DNA of 64,000 nt from NCBI GenBank assembly GCA_022072165.1, contig JAJVIF010000001.1, positions 273,353 through 337,352 on the forward strand. Reading direction: 5' to 3'. The notes under the pieces were generated by a model that saw only the letters and a list, made by a program, of their open reading frames with translations, had not been told where the DNA came from and did not search any database. Position numbers and translations under genes: made by a program. Below are positions 36,086 to 45,268 of the stretch, piece by piece. How positions within the stretch are numbered: the first letter of the stretch is position 1; each line of letters opens with the position of its first letter. This DNA is from a bacterium (GTDB taxonomy: Bacteria > JAJVIF01).

Positions 36086-38487
36086 CGAAAGACGGGATAC
36101 CCCTCAAAGTCGTTATCTGTGTTGCTGATATTGATCAGCTGCGACGAGGGCGCGTCTTCGTCATAGACCCAGATGTCCGCGTCGACGATCGAAGGGGATG
36201 TGAGATCCGAAAGGTCCGCTTCCAGGGCGACAAACGCCACTTTGCGACCCGTCCGATTAAAGACCGGCTGAATCGGAATGTACGCCGTGGCTGGGGCGGG
36301 AGGGGTGCCCATCCCCGACAGGTTGATCTCTGTCAGTGCGCCGCTGGAGGCGTTCACAAAGGCCAGCTTGAAGCTCCGGGGCAGGTTCAGCAGATTGACA
36401 TCAATGTAGGTGCAGACCAGCCGGGTCCCATCGGGTGACCAGTCGGGATAGAACACGCCGCGGGTGGTTGATGAGTCCGCGATGGTCGTGAGCTTCGTAA
36501 AGCTGGACCCCGGGTTCTGTGGGTCGAACGTGTAGAGGTTGCCGTTCGCCCGGAGCGGCGGCAGCGCAGCGCTGGCGGAAATGCCGGTGCCCGATGAAAT
36601 CACGGCCCGGTCACTACGCGAGGGATCCCAGTCCGGACCCGCCAGGTCCGCGAAGAGGCGTTCTCCCTGGATGGTTAGTCCAGGCAGTCCCCGGGGGACG
36701 CCGCTGAATGTGCCGAGCTTCAGGCCGGTCAGGAAATCGCCGACCACCAGCTCTGGAGCGAGACCCGCTTCCAGTGCCAGGAACGGATGCGCTCCCGGAT
36801 ACCCGCTGCTGGGCAATTGTCCGATACTGGGGTGCAGATAAAACGTGTCTTGCAGCGGACGAGGAATCCGTCGGAATGGATGACTCTGCTGAATCCCGGA
36901 GCGATCAAGCGAGTTCAGATCCCCAGCTGGCCCGATCAGCATCAGTTGCCGCGCTTGTGGGCCTACGAACTCGGCAAAAGCAGTACCGAAGACCACACCC
37001 ATACTCCCCGGAACGACCTCACGAAATGGCAACAACTGGACCAGCCTCGTGGTGCCGCCGCCGAGCAGCGTCGCGGTCGATGTCGCCAAGAGCACCTCAT
37101 TGCTGTCCGGTCCTGCCCCGCCTTTGATCAGCTGGTAGCTCCGGATGGGAACCGCACGCTCCGCGCTCGGGAGCAGGGTGCCCGGCTCGACCCCGAAGCG
37201 ATAGTTCGCTGCCTGCGGATCGCTGTCTTCGGGGTCGATGACTCGCACCAGCCCATAGCTGTTCCCAGCGCCAACGGTAAATTCTGACGTTATCGTCCCG
37301 GAATACCGCAAAGGCGTCAGCGGACCACCATCGCCCGCCACATGTGTCAGTTGCTGTGGGGTAGAGGTCAGTCCGTCAAGAAAGACCTCCACGACGGGCA
37401 CACCGCTTGCCCCTGGCTGCACCAGCTGTACGTCTGTTTCATCGCTGAGATTGGCATCGCCTGCTTCCTGCGCGAAGGTGTCCCAGTCGCGGATGGCGGT
37501 GACAAAGGTGGCAGTGGATCCGGCATTAAGCCCAATCTCAGTCATCCCAGGCACGATCACCTGCGACACATCAAGGGCGTTGTAGGGGAGGCGATAGGCG
37601 AAGAGCAACGGATCGCCGGATTCGGCAGGGAAGCGGCGCGTGATCCCCCCTTCACCGCGGGGGTCGGTCCACTTGGCGAGGAGGGCAAAGGTCAGCGTCC
37701 AGGGGACCGCAATCCCCGGACCTTCCAGCAGCAGGACCCCTTCGGTCTGCTGCCCGCCATGCAGATAGTCATAGCCGGTCCAGCCGATGTTTTCCGCGCC
37801 GATGTTGCTGCGCTGCCAGCCGCCACCATCCCCATCATAGGAACCGGTCATGAGTCCCTCATTGCTGACATTGGCGCGCGAGTCGTATGCCTCGTTCACC
37901 AGCAGCCAGGCCGGGAAGAGGTCCCCGGGATTGATGAAATTTTGCGGCGGCACAGGCACGAGCCCCTCAATCTCCACATACGCATCCGGCAGAAGGGCAC
38001 CATCATTACGGACTCCCTGACCATCGTAGGTGCCGATTTGATCTTTGGAAATCAGGACGAGATACCCCGTGTACCCCAGGTCGGCTCGATTTTTCCCACT
38101 GATGGGGGCCTCGAAGTTTGGCGCCGGGAACGGGTGCGCGTGACGCCATTCGAGAAGCAACGAACCTGCCGGACCCCGCCGGACACTGGTGATGCGGAAA
38201 TCAACCGGTTTCACGAACGGGCTGATGTCGATCTGATAGCTCAGCGCTTGCGGCGGCTGGGCCGCCAGGAGCCGGGAGGGCTCCACCTGTGCACTGAGTG
38301 ACAGCGGGTCGATGGTGACATTAAACATCCCGATGGTGGCGAGATCAGTCCGGACCTGGGATTCCGGAACGTGCTGGGGCACCGATGGCAGCCGGTTTCC
38401 TGCCTGGCAGGCGAACAGCATCCAGGGAAGCGTGAGCAGCCCCAGCTTCAGGGACCACTGCGAGTAAAAGAGGGGATTGGCGGCCAT
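36082..38487 (-). CDS. Large secreted lipoprotein with C-terminal PD40/TolB-like beta-propeller repeat (start uncertain, 38487-38592)
   Basis: 'LLTLPWMLFAC' lipobox. C-terminal 'DWSPDGTRLV' PD40 repeat. No other recognisable domain. Confidence 0.5.
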   Translation of the reverse strand: MAANPLFYSQWSLKLGLLTLPWMLFACQAGNRLPSVPQHVPESQVRTDLATIGMFNVTIDPLSLSAQVEPSRLLAAQPPQALSYQIDISPFVKPVDFRITSVRRGPAGSLLLEWRHAHPFPAPNFEAPISGKNRADLGYTGYLVLISKDQIGTYDGQGVRNDGALLPDAYVEIEGLVPVPPQNFINPGDLFPAWLLVNEAYDSRANVSNEGLMTGSYDGDGGGWQRSNIGAENIGWTGYDYLHGGQQTEGVLLLEGPGIAVPWTLTFALLAKWTDPRGEGGITRRFPAESGDPLLFAYRLPYNALDVSQVIVPGMTEIGLNAGSTATFVTAIRDWDTFAQEAGDANLSDETDVQLVQPGASGVPVVEVFLDGLTSTPQQLTHVAGDGGPLTPLRYSGTITSEFTVGAGNSYGLVRVIDPEDSDPQAANYRFGVEPGTLLPSAERAVPIRSYQLIKGGAGPDSNEVLLATSTATLLGGGTTRLVQLLPFREVVPGSMGVVFGTAFAEFVGPQARQLMLIGPAGDLNSLDRSGIQQSHPFRRIPRPLQDTFYLHPSIGQLPSSGYPGAHPFLALEAGLAPELVVGDFLTGLKLGTFSGVPRGLPGLTIQGERLFADLAGPDWDPSRSDRAVISSGTGISASAALPPLRANGNLYTFDPQNPGSSFTKLTTIADSSTTRGVFYPDWSPDGTRLVCTYIDVNLLNLPRSFKLAFVNASSGALTEINLSGMGTPPAPATAYIPIQPVFNRTGRKVAFVALEADLSDLTSPSIVDADIWVYDEDAPSSQLINISNTDNDFEGYPVFR

Positions 38488-38602
38488 GGCGACGTCCTCG
38501 TGCAGGAGATGCCAGAGATTGTAGGCCCCCGGAGCACCCCCGAGACATTGATTCGACATTCTGTCGGCTGGCACCATTGCGGTACGCTTCATCGCGCATC
38601 CT

Positions 38603-39628
38603 ATGGCCACGACTCGCACCGCCCCGGCTCCCGCCCCCAGTCCGCTCCCTGTCGCTGAGCGCGAGGCGTCGCCCTGTCTCGACATCTCGGTCGTCATTCC
38701 GCTGCGCAACGAAGAGGGGTCGCTCCGGGAATTGCATCGGCAGCTCAGCGAGGTCCTCGGAGCGTCGGGGCTCACATTCGAGCTGCTCTTCATTGATGAC
38801 GGGTCCGACGACGGTAGCGACACCATCCTGCGGGATTTGCACCGTACCGATGACCGGGTCACCGTCGTGACCCTGCGTCGTAACTTCGGCAAAGCGCAGG
38901 CTCTGGCGACCGGCTTTGATCTGGCTCGCGGACGCATCATCCTGACCATCGATGCGGACCTGCAGGACGATCCTCACGAAATCCCTGAGTTCCTGAAGAC
39001 CCTGGACACCGGTTACGACCTCGTGGTGGGCTGGAAACGCCGTCGCCGCGACCGGGTCACCCGGGTCCTGGCGAGCCGGGTGTTTAACCTCGTGAACCGG
39101 GTCTGCTTTGGGTTGCCTTTGCACGACATGAACTGCGGCTTTAAGGCCATCCGACGGGAGGTCTTAGGCGAACTGGGGCTCTACGGCGAGTTGCATCGGT
39201 ACATCCCCATCTATGCGCACGCCCGGGGCTTTCGGGTCACGGAGATCCCGGTCCTGCATCATCCGCGGAAGCACGGACGCAGCAAGTACGGACTGGAGCG
39301 GTACCTCCGCGGATTCTTCGACTTCCTCACCAGTCTGCTCCTGACCCGCTTCGCGAAGCGGCCGCTGCACTTTTTTGGCGGCGTGGGGTTCACCGTAGGG
39401 ACCATCGGGCTCGCGATCTGTATCGTGCTGACCCTGCAATGGCTCCGGGGCAACACCGCGCTGTCCGAGCGCCCGCTGCTCATCCTTGGGGTGATGCTCA
39501 TCATTCTGGGGGTCCAGACCATCTCCATCGGACTGGTCGGGGAAATGCTGATTCATCGCGAAGAAACCCGCAGCACTCAGGGCCAGCATCCGATCCGGGC
39601 GTTGCTGCGCCGGGCCGCTGTCAGCTGA
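38603..39628 (+). CDS. GT2 polyprenol-phosphate glycosyltransferase (ArnC/GtrB/DPM1-like) with C-terminal TM helices
   Basis: 'ISVVIPLRNEEGSL...FIDDGSDDGS', DAD motif 'TIDADLQDDP', and two C-terminal TM segments typical of ArnC/GtrB. Confidence 0.85.
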   Translation: MATTRTAPAPAPSPLPVAEREASPCLDISVVIPLRNEEGSLRELHRQLSEVLGASGLTFELLFIDDGSDDGSDTILRDLHRTDDRVTVVTLRRNFGKAQALATGFDLARGRIILTIDADLQDDPHEIPEFLKTLDTGYDLVVGWKRRRRDRVTRVLASRVFNLVNRVCFGLPLHDMNCGFKAIRREVLGELGLYGELHRYIPIYAHARGFRVTEIPVLHHPRKHGRSKYGLERYLRGFFDFLTSLLLTRFAKRPLHFFGGVGFTVGTIGLAICIVLTLQWLRGNTALSERPLLILGVMLIILGVQTISIGLVGEMLIHREETRSTQGQHPIRALLRRAAVS

Positions 39629-39632
39629 CAAC

Positions 39633-40478
39633 GTGGCTGCTGCACCGCTCCCCCTCGCGATATGCCTCGTTACCTGGAATCACTGGGCAGACACCGCCGA
39701 GTGTCTCGCTTCCCTAAAGGCCGCAGATTGCGATCCTCCCCCTGAGGTTTGGGTGGTCGACAACCAGTCTGCCGATGACACAGTTGAGCGCATCCGCCAC
39801 GAATTTCCTGACATCCGACTTCTGGAGAACGCCTGGAACGCCGGATTTGCGGTCGCCATGAATCAGGCCCTGGGTGCGGTGCTGGCAGCGACCCCAGCTG
39901 ACCAGGACCGGCTGATCCTGTTGTTAAACAACGACACCCTGCTCGCCACCTCCTGCCTGACCCAACTCACCACCGGGTTGGAATCGCAGCCCGTCGCCGG
40001 GATCGCAGCCCCCACGATCTACTACCACGCATCCCCGGAACAGGTCTGGTATGCCGGCGGGGGCCTTGATTCGGTGCGCTGTCGCGCCTGGCACGAGGGG
40101 CTCCGGACAGTCGCAGCACCGTCAGGGCCACCGACACCTACGGGCTATGCCACCGGGTGTGCACTCCTGGTGCGGGCCAGCGTCCTGCGCCAGGTGGGGC
40201 TCCTCGATGAGGGGTACTTCATGTACTGGGAGGATGCCGATCTCTGCTGTCGCGCCAGAGCGGCAGGCTGGGAAGTCCTGTGGATTCCCGAGGCCCGTCT
40301 CTGGCACAAAGTCTCCACCTCCACGGGTGGCAACCTGGCTCCACGGAAACTCTGGCGAAAGTTCGCCAGTGGCTGGCGATTCTGGTCGCGATGGCATGAG
40401 CGTCCCCTCTGGCCCCTCGCGTACCTGCAGACTTCGTGGCAGGACTTCCAGCGTGCGCGACAGGCGACCGCAGGATGA
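39633..40478 (+). CDS. Family 2 glycosyltransferase
   Basis: 'ICLVTWNHWADTAECLASL', 'VVDNQSADDT', and the 'YWEDADLCCRA' GT2 motif. Confidence 0.8.
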   Translation: MAAAPLPLAICLVTWNHWADTAECLASLKAADCDPPPEVWVVDNQSADDTVERIRHEFPDIRLLENAWNAGFAVAMNQALGAVLAATPADQDRLILLLNNDTLLATSCLTQLTTGLESQPVAGIAAPTIYYHASPEQVWYAGGGLDSVRCRAWHEGLRTVAAPSGPPTPTGYATGCALLVRASVLRQVGLLDEGYFMYWEDADLCCRARAAGWEVLWIPEARLWHKVSTSTGGNLAPRKLWRKFASGWRFWSRWHERPLWPLAYLQTSWQDFQRARQATAG

Positions 40479-40482
40479 CCCC

Positions 40483-41841
40483 ATGACCGCACCGCTCAAC
40501 GTGCTCCTCGTGACCTATGCCTTCCCACCCCGGGGGGGAGTCGCGGTTCAGCGGGTCCTCTCCTGGGCGCGGCACCTGCCAGCGCATGGCATTCGGCTTA
40601 CGGTCCTGACGGCCACGCCGCCGCTGGGAACCGTTCAGGCCGACACGTCCCTGCTGACGGAGGTACCGGACGACGTACGGGTTATCCGGACCCCATCGCT
40701 GGAGCCCTACCGGCTCTACCGCGCGCTGGGAGGGAAGCGAGCCCAGGATGATCCTCGTCAGCGCGCGACACAAGTTGCAGGATCGAGACAACAAGGGGGA
40801 GTAGGGGAGCGAATCTATCGCTGGGTGCAGGAGCGCTGGCTGGTCCCGGACCCGAAAATCGGATGGTTCCCCTTCGCGCTGGAAGCCGCAAGGGGACTGC
40901 AAGAGGAAGGCTATCGCCCCGATGTCGTTCTTGCTACGCAGCCGCCGGCGACTGCCCTGGTGATCGGTGATGCCCTCGCCCAGCGCTGGAAGGCGCCCCT
41001 GGTGGTGGACTACCGGGACCCCTGGAACAGTGGGTACTACCCGCTGGATCGACCACCAGCTGTCGCGGACCGGGAGATCGCCCTGGAGCGCCGGGTGCTC
41101 CAGCGTGCAGCTGCGGTCGTGACGGTCTCCGCCAGCTTCGCCGAAAAGCTTTCTAGATTAGTACAAGATGATTCAGGTTTAATGGAGAAACTGGCGCTTA
41201 TTGAGAACGGTTATGATCCTATTTTTGGTGAAAACATAGAGTCAATTGGGGAAAACAGGCCAGTGCTCCTACACGCTGGATCGCTCTATGCCCAGCGTTC
41301 CCCGGAGCCCTTCTTCGCTGCCCTGCGTGCACTGACAACCGAGGATCCTGCCCTGACCGCTGACTGGACCCTGCGGCTGCAAGGGAATGTCGCGCCGGAT
41401 TATCTTCGCGATGCCGAGGCGACTGGTGTCCGCGTGCAATTCGACGGCTTCGTGAGCCATCGCGATGCCCTCCTGGCGCAGCGGCAGGCTGAGATTCTGC
41501 TCCTTTTTACCGAGGGGATGCTCACCGCCAAGGTCTACGAGTATCTGGCAGCGCGCCGACCGATCCTCGCCATCGGTCCTGCGCCAGATCTGGACGCGCT
41601 CCTGCAGTCCTGGGGAGCTGGTCGCTGTTACGACCCTGCAGACAATAAGGGGATCCGGGACGCCCTCAAAACGCTGATGCAGCACCGAAATGCGACGGGG
41701 CAGACAGCTCCGCTCTCGCTCCACAAAGACCTCGCCACGATTCAACGGTCGGCATTAGCGGGCGATCTCGCCAGACTCCTCTACCGGGTGGCCGGCCGGC
41801 CAGCACCGGTGCACACGTATACTCCCTCATCCCATGCCTGA
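40483..41841 (+). CDS. Family 4 (GT-B) glycosyltransferase
   Basis: N-terminal 'VLLVTYAFPPRGGVAVQRV' and C-terminal 'E(X7)E'-type retaining GT-B region 'AEILLLFTEGMLTAKVYEYLAARRPIL'. The listed ORF 40051.. is an out-of-frame upstream extension. Confidence 0.75.
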   Translation: MTAPLNVLLVTYAFPPRGGVAVQRVLSWARHLPAHGIRLTVLTATPPLGTVQADTSLLTEVPDDVRVIRTPSLEPYRLYRALGGKRAQDDPRQRATQVAGSRQQGGVGERIYRWVQERWLVPDPKIGWFPFALEAARGLQEEGYRPDVVLATQPPATALVIGDALAQRWKAPLVVDYRDPWNSGYYPLDRPPAVADREIALERRVLQRAAAVVTVSASFAEKLSRLVQDDSGLMEKLALIENGYDPIFGENIESIGENRPVLLHAGSLYAQRSPEPFFAALRALTTEDPALTADWTLRLQGNVAPDYLRDAEATGVRVQFDGFVSHRDALLAQRQAEILLLFTEGMLTAKVYEYLAARRPILAIGPAPDLDALLQSWGAGRCYDPADNKGIRDALKTLMQHRNATGQTAPLSLHKDLATIQRSALAGDLARLLYRVAGRPAPVHTYTPSSHA

Positions 41842-44251
41842 ACCCCCCGTCACGACAGGGGGAGACCCGGAGTCCCATCGCGAGGACCCGGCGTCTCAGA
41901 CTGCTCCTGCTCCGGACTCCACATCGCCGTCGAACGCCGCCGCCGGTGACCCGGGGATCGGGATGGTGCGGGATTCTGTCCAGACCTTTCTCGCGCAGCT
42001 GGTTTCCATCGTCGTTGCGATCGTCTCCTCCGTCCTGCTTGGGCGGACCCTCCTTCCCACCGGAAAAGGACTCTTTTCCATCCTCATTCTGATTCCCAAG
42101 AGTGCCTGGACCTTCGGCACGCTGGGTCTCGATCAGGTCAACACCGTCTACGCCGGCCGCGACCCGGAGCGTCGGCATGAACTCGCCACGACCAGCCTGT
42201 TTCTCGGCATGGCGATTTCGATTCTTGCCTGTCTGCTGGTGGCGATTTTCCTCTACTGGCCCGGACGCGGCGCGGCCAGGGTCGACATCCAGCCTGGGGA
42301 TTTCCTGGTCGCAATCGATGGCGTACCGGTCGCGCCAGGCTCTCTCGAACCCCTGGCCTACACCCCCTTTGGCCGGGAGGTACCGGTCACGATCTGGCGG
42401 CAGGGGACCTTGCTGGAGCGGAGCATCCCGGCTGAAGCGGTTGATGGACCATTCGCCATCGAGCAGGAGTTCCGGCTCTCGGCCCTGAATACCTGGCGGT
42501 TTGGCCTGACCGTCAACCCGCTCTTTAGCCAGCAATACTGGGTTCCCGCGCTGAATGCCGGACTGGTGCCTTTGACTCAGGAGCACTGGGATGAACTCGC
42601 AGCCCGCCGCGAGGCCGGGCTCCTGCCATCGGACATCCCGTTCCCTGATCCGCAGCCCGCCTATCTGGTGGGTGATGTCGGCGAAAGTGGGCGGCTGGAA
42701 CGCCTCCGCGGCGAAAGACCGTCCGCCACTGACCTGCGTCGGGGCGATGTCATCCTCGCCATGAACGGCGCACCCCTGCGACCCGTGCTGATGGATGTCG
42801 CGCCGGAAGTGCCTCGTGGTGGGTCGCTGACATTGACCGTGTTTCGGCAGGGAGCATCGGTGGACATCACGGTGACTCCTGAAGCTACCGCAGGCTCCCC
42901 GGAACCACGGGGACTGCAACTTTCGCAGCCCGGACTCCGGGAATTGGGCCTGTTGAAAAATCTGCACTGGCAGGAGCAGCAGTACTTTCCAGCAAGCGGC
43001 ATCGCGGTGGCGTTTATGACCCCGGATCGACAGCAGGATCTGCGTTTGCGGGCTGGACTTCCCGGGGTCTTCGCGGTCGGCACGACAGTCCCGGATGGCC
43101 CCGCCGCCCTGGTCTGCCAGGTGGATTACCCCTGGTTGCGGCGGTGGTCCCAGGACCTGCCCCGCAATCTTTTCATGCTGACCATGCTCTTTTTTCCGCT
43201 CACCGCTGCGGCGTACCTTATGGACAGCATCCTGTATGGCCTCAATCTGATTCGCCTGCGCAATCAGAAAGCGGTCATCACCAACATCGTGCTGGCGCTG
43301 CTCTACTTTTTCGGGCTCTATCTCTATGGTCATCAGCATCTCGCCCTTACCCCCCGGAGCGCGGAGGGGCTGCTCCAGCTCATTGAGATTGCAGTCTGGA
43401 TCACCCTGATTCATGGAGCGTTCATCGCGCTCTACTCCTGGTACCTCATCGCCCCCCGGGCGAAATTTGCCCGTAAGTTTCTCAATCTGCCCTACGTCTT
43501 CGACTGCTTCCGGCACATCGGCTGGCAGTCCTATGTCGCCAACTCGGCGTCGTACCTCTTTTACGACGTCGACATCTTCATCATCACGTCCATCATCGCG
43601 CACGGCACTACGACCCTGACGCTCGACAATCTGGGGAACTACACGCAGGCGACCAACATCGTGGAGCGGGTCTGGATTGTCCCCGGGGCCATCGCCACCG
43701 CATTGCTCCCGAAGCTCACAAACTTTGGAGTGGCGAAGGCGGGGGAACTGACACCCAAGGGGATCCGCCACACACTGATTCTCACCATCGCAATTCTGGT
43801 TCCCCTCTGTATCGTGATGCCGTGGCTGATCCCGGTGCTCTGGGGACCGGAGTTCCTGCCGACTTTGAGCCCGTTCTATCTGTTGGCTCCTGGCATCCTG
43901 CTCTTCTCGTTGAGCAAGGTCTACTCGGCACACTTACTCGGCATCGCCAAGCCGGTGTACGCCATGTGGTACTCGATCCTGGCAGTCATCGTGAACGTGG
44001 TGATGAACTACCTGCTCATCCCGCAGGAAGCCATCGTCATGGGCGTCGCGATTGGTGGGATCAACGGCGCGGCGATCGCCTCGACTGTCGCGTATTCTCT
44101 GCATTCGTTTCTCATGCTCTCGGCGTACTGCAAAGAAGCACAGACCACACCAGCGCAAATCTTCCGATTCACCAAAGATGACTGGTACCTCTATGTACGC
44201 GGGGCGCAGGCTGGCATCAGCATTGTCCGGAAGCTCCTGCGATGGTCCTAA
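41834..44251 (+). CDS. Wzx/PST-family oligosaccharide flippase with ~330-aa inserted PDZ-domain region
   Basis: N-terminal three TM helices and C-terminal about nine TM helices match the polysaccharide-biosynthesis (Wzx/MurJ-like) flippase pattern. Between them are 'GDFLVAIDGVPV...PVTIWRQG' and 'GDVILAMNGAPL...LTLTVFRQGASVDITV' PDZ-like modules. Confidence 0.65.
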   Translation: MPEPPVTTGGDPESHREDPASQTAPAPDSTSPSNAAAGDPGIGMVRDSVQTFLAQLVSIVVAIVSSVLLGRTLLPTGKGLFSILILIPKSAWTFGTLGLDQVNTVYAGRDPERRHELATTSLFLGMAISILACLLVAIFLYWPGRGAARVDIQPGDFLVAIDGVPVAPGSLEPLAYTPFGREVPVTIWRQGTLLERSIPAEAVDGPFAIEQEFRLSALNTWRFGLTVNPLFSQQYWVPALNAGLVPLTQEHWDELAARREAGLLPSDIPFPDPQPAYLVGDVGESGRLERLRGERPSATDLRRGDVILAMNGAPLRPVLMDVAPEVPRGGSLTLTVFRQGASVDITVTPEATAGSPEPRGLQLSQPGLRELGLLKNLHWQEQQYFPASGIAVAFMTPDRQQDLRLRAGLPGVFAVGTTVPDGPAALVCQVDYPWLRRWSQDLPRNLFMLTMLFFPLTAAAYLMDSILYGLNLIRLRNQKAVITNIVLALLYFFGLYLYGHQHLALTPRSAEGLLQLIEIAVWITLIHGAFIALYSWYLIAPRAKFARKFLNLPYVFDCFRHIGWQSYVANSASYLFYDVDIFIITSIIAHGTTTLTLDNLGNYTQATNIVERVWIVPGAIATALLPKLTNFGVAKAGELTPKGIRHTLILTIAILVPLCIVMPWLIPVLWGPEFLPTLSPFYLLAPGILLFSLSKVYSAHLLGIAKPVYAMWYSILAVIVNVVMNYLLIPQEAIVMGVAIGGINGAAIASTVAYSLHSFLMLSAYCKEAQTTPAQIFRFTKDDWYLYVRGAQAGISIVRKLLRWS

Positions 44252-45261
44252 GTCGGAACAGGAAGCTCAGCCGGGCTGACTGGCCGCACTACGGGCTTCC
44301 CGTCCGCTGACAGTTCTGACCCCATCACAAATTCCCGATTGGCCATTAGCCCGGTTCGGATGGGATGCTGGCTCGCGCCAATCCGGGCCAGCTTGCCAAA
44401 CCGCAGGACCCCCGCCTTGATGCGGAGCGTGGCGTCGAGGGAGCGAAAGGTGGAACGGGCCGCCCGGACTCCATAATGCTTTGCCAGATACTGGAAGGCT
44501 GACCGGAAAAAGCGCTCATGCACCACGATCTGCGCGGCTTCATCGTTGCCCGATGAGCCGCCCCCTTCGTGCATCGCCACAATGTCAGGATGCACCATCA
44601 CTTTCCAGTGGGTTTGATGACACCGGGTTGCCCAGTCGGTCTCCTCGAAGTACAGAAAGAAGCGTTCATCAAACGGTCCCACCTCCTCCCACGCGGACCG
44701 TCGCAAGAACCACATCGCTCCACAGGGATAGCCCACCTCGAAGGGCTGGTCCGTACCAGGAGCCAGGCCTCGACCCAGATCCCAGGCCGGGTTGGCCAAA
44801 AGACGCCGGAGTCCGGAGTAGGCGAACCAGAGTTTGAACGGGGACGGCAGAGCCCCGTAGACCAGCTCGGAGGTACCGCGTGGATTCAGGAGATTGCCCC
44901 CGACCAGTCCGACCTCCGGAGTGGCATCCAGATACGCGCAGGCGCGTTGCAATGTTTCGGGTCGCAGCTCCAAATCCGGGTTGAGTATCCCCAGGTAGTC
45001 GCCGCCGACATTCCGGGCGATGGTATTGACCCCCCCGGCATACCCCACGTTGTCGGGGCGGGCGATGAGCCGGAAAGGAGCCCCCGGCCAGCGTTCTGCC
45101 AGATAGGCTGCCGTGCCATCTGGCGAAGCGTTATCTACCACCACCAGATCCACGCCCGGCTCCGCTTCCATCGCCCGGAAGACCGATTCCAGACAGCGAT
45201 CAATGTGTCGCCGGGAGTTGTACGTGATGATCCCCAGCCCAAGCCGGGTGTTGCTGTTCAC
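44248..45261 (-). CDS. Family 2 glycosyltransferase
   Basis: 'GIITYNSRRHIDRCLESV', 'VVDNASPDGT', 'FFLYFEETDWATR'. Convergent with the flippase, with a 4-bp overlap. Confidence 0.8.
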   Translation of the reverse strand: MNSNTRLGLGIITYNSRRHIDRCLESVFRAMEAEPGVDLVVVDNASPDGTAAYLAERWPGAPFRLIARPDNVGYAGGVNTIARNVGGDYLGILNPDLELRPETLQRACAYLDATPEVGLVGGNLLNPRGTSELVYGALPSPFKLWFAYSGLRRLLANPAWDLGRGLAPGTDQPFEVGYPCGAMWFLRRSAWEEVGPFDERFFLYFEETDWATRCHQTHWKVMVHPDIVAMHEGGGSSGNDEAAQIVVHERFFRSAFQYLAKHYGVRAARSTFRSLDATLRIKAGVLRFGKLARIGASQHPIRTGLMANREFVMGSELSADGKPVVRPVSPAELPVPT

Positions 45262-45268
45262 CCGTGGA

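Noticed and set aside
40051-40482. N-terminal 144 codons of the listed 596-aa ORF
   Set aside because: This part overlaps the preceding GT2 gene in another frame. The GT4 protein begins at ATG 40483 (MTAPLNVLLVTYAFPP), immediately after the GT2 stop.
41666-43933. 755-aa minus-strand ORF
   Set aside because: Antisense to the flippase-PDZ gene. The translation is Arg/Gly/Asp-rich with no TM helices, while the plus frame has a convincing 12-TM pattern.
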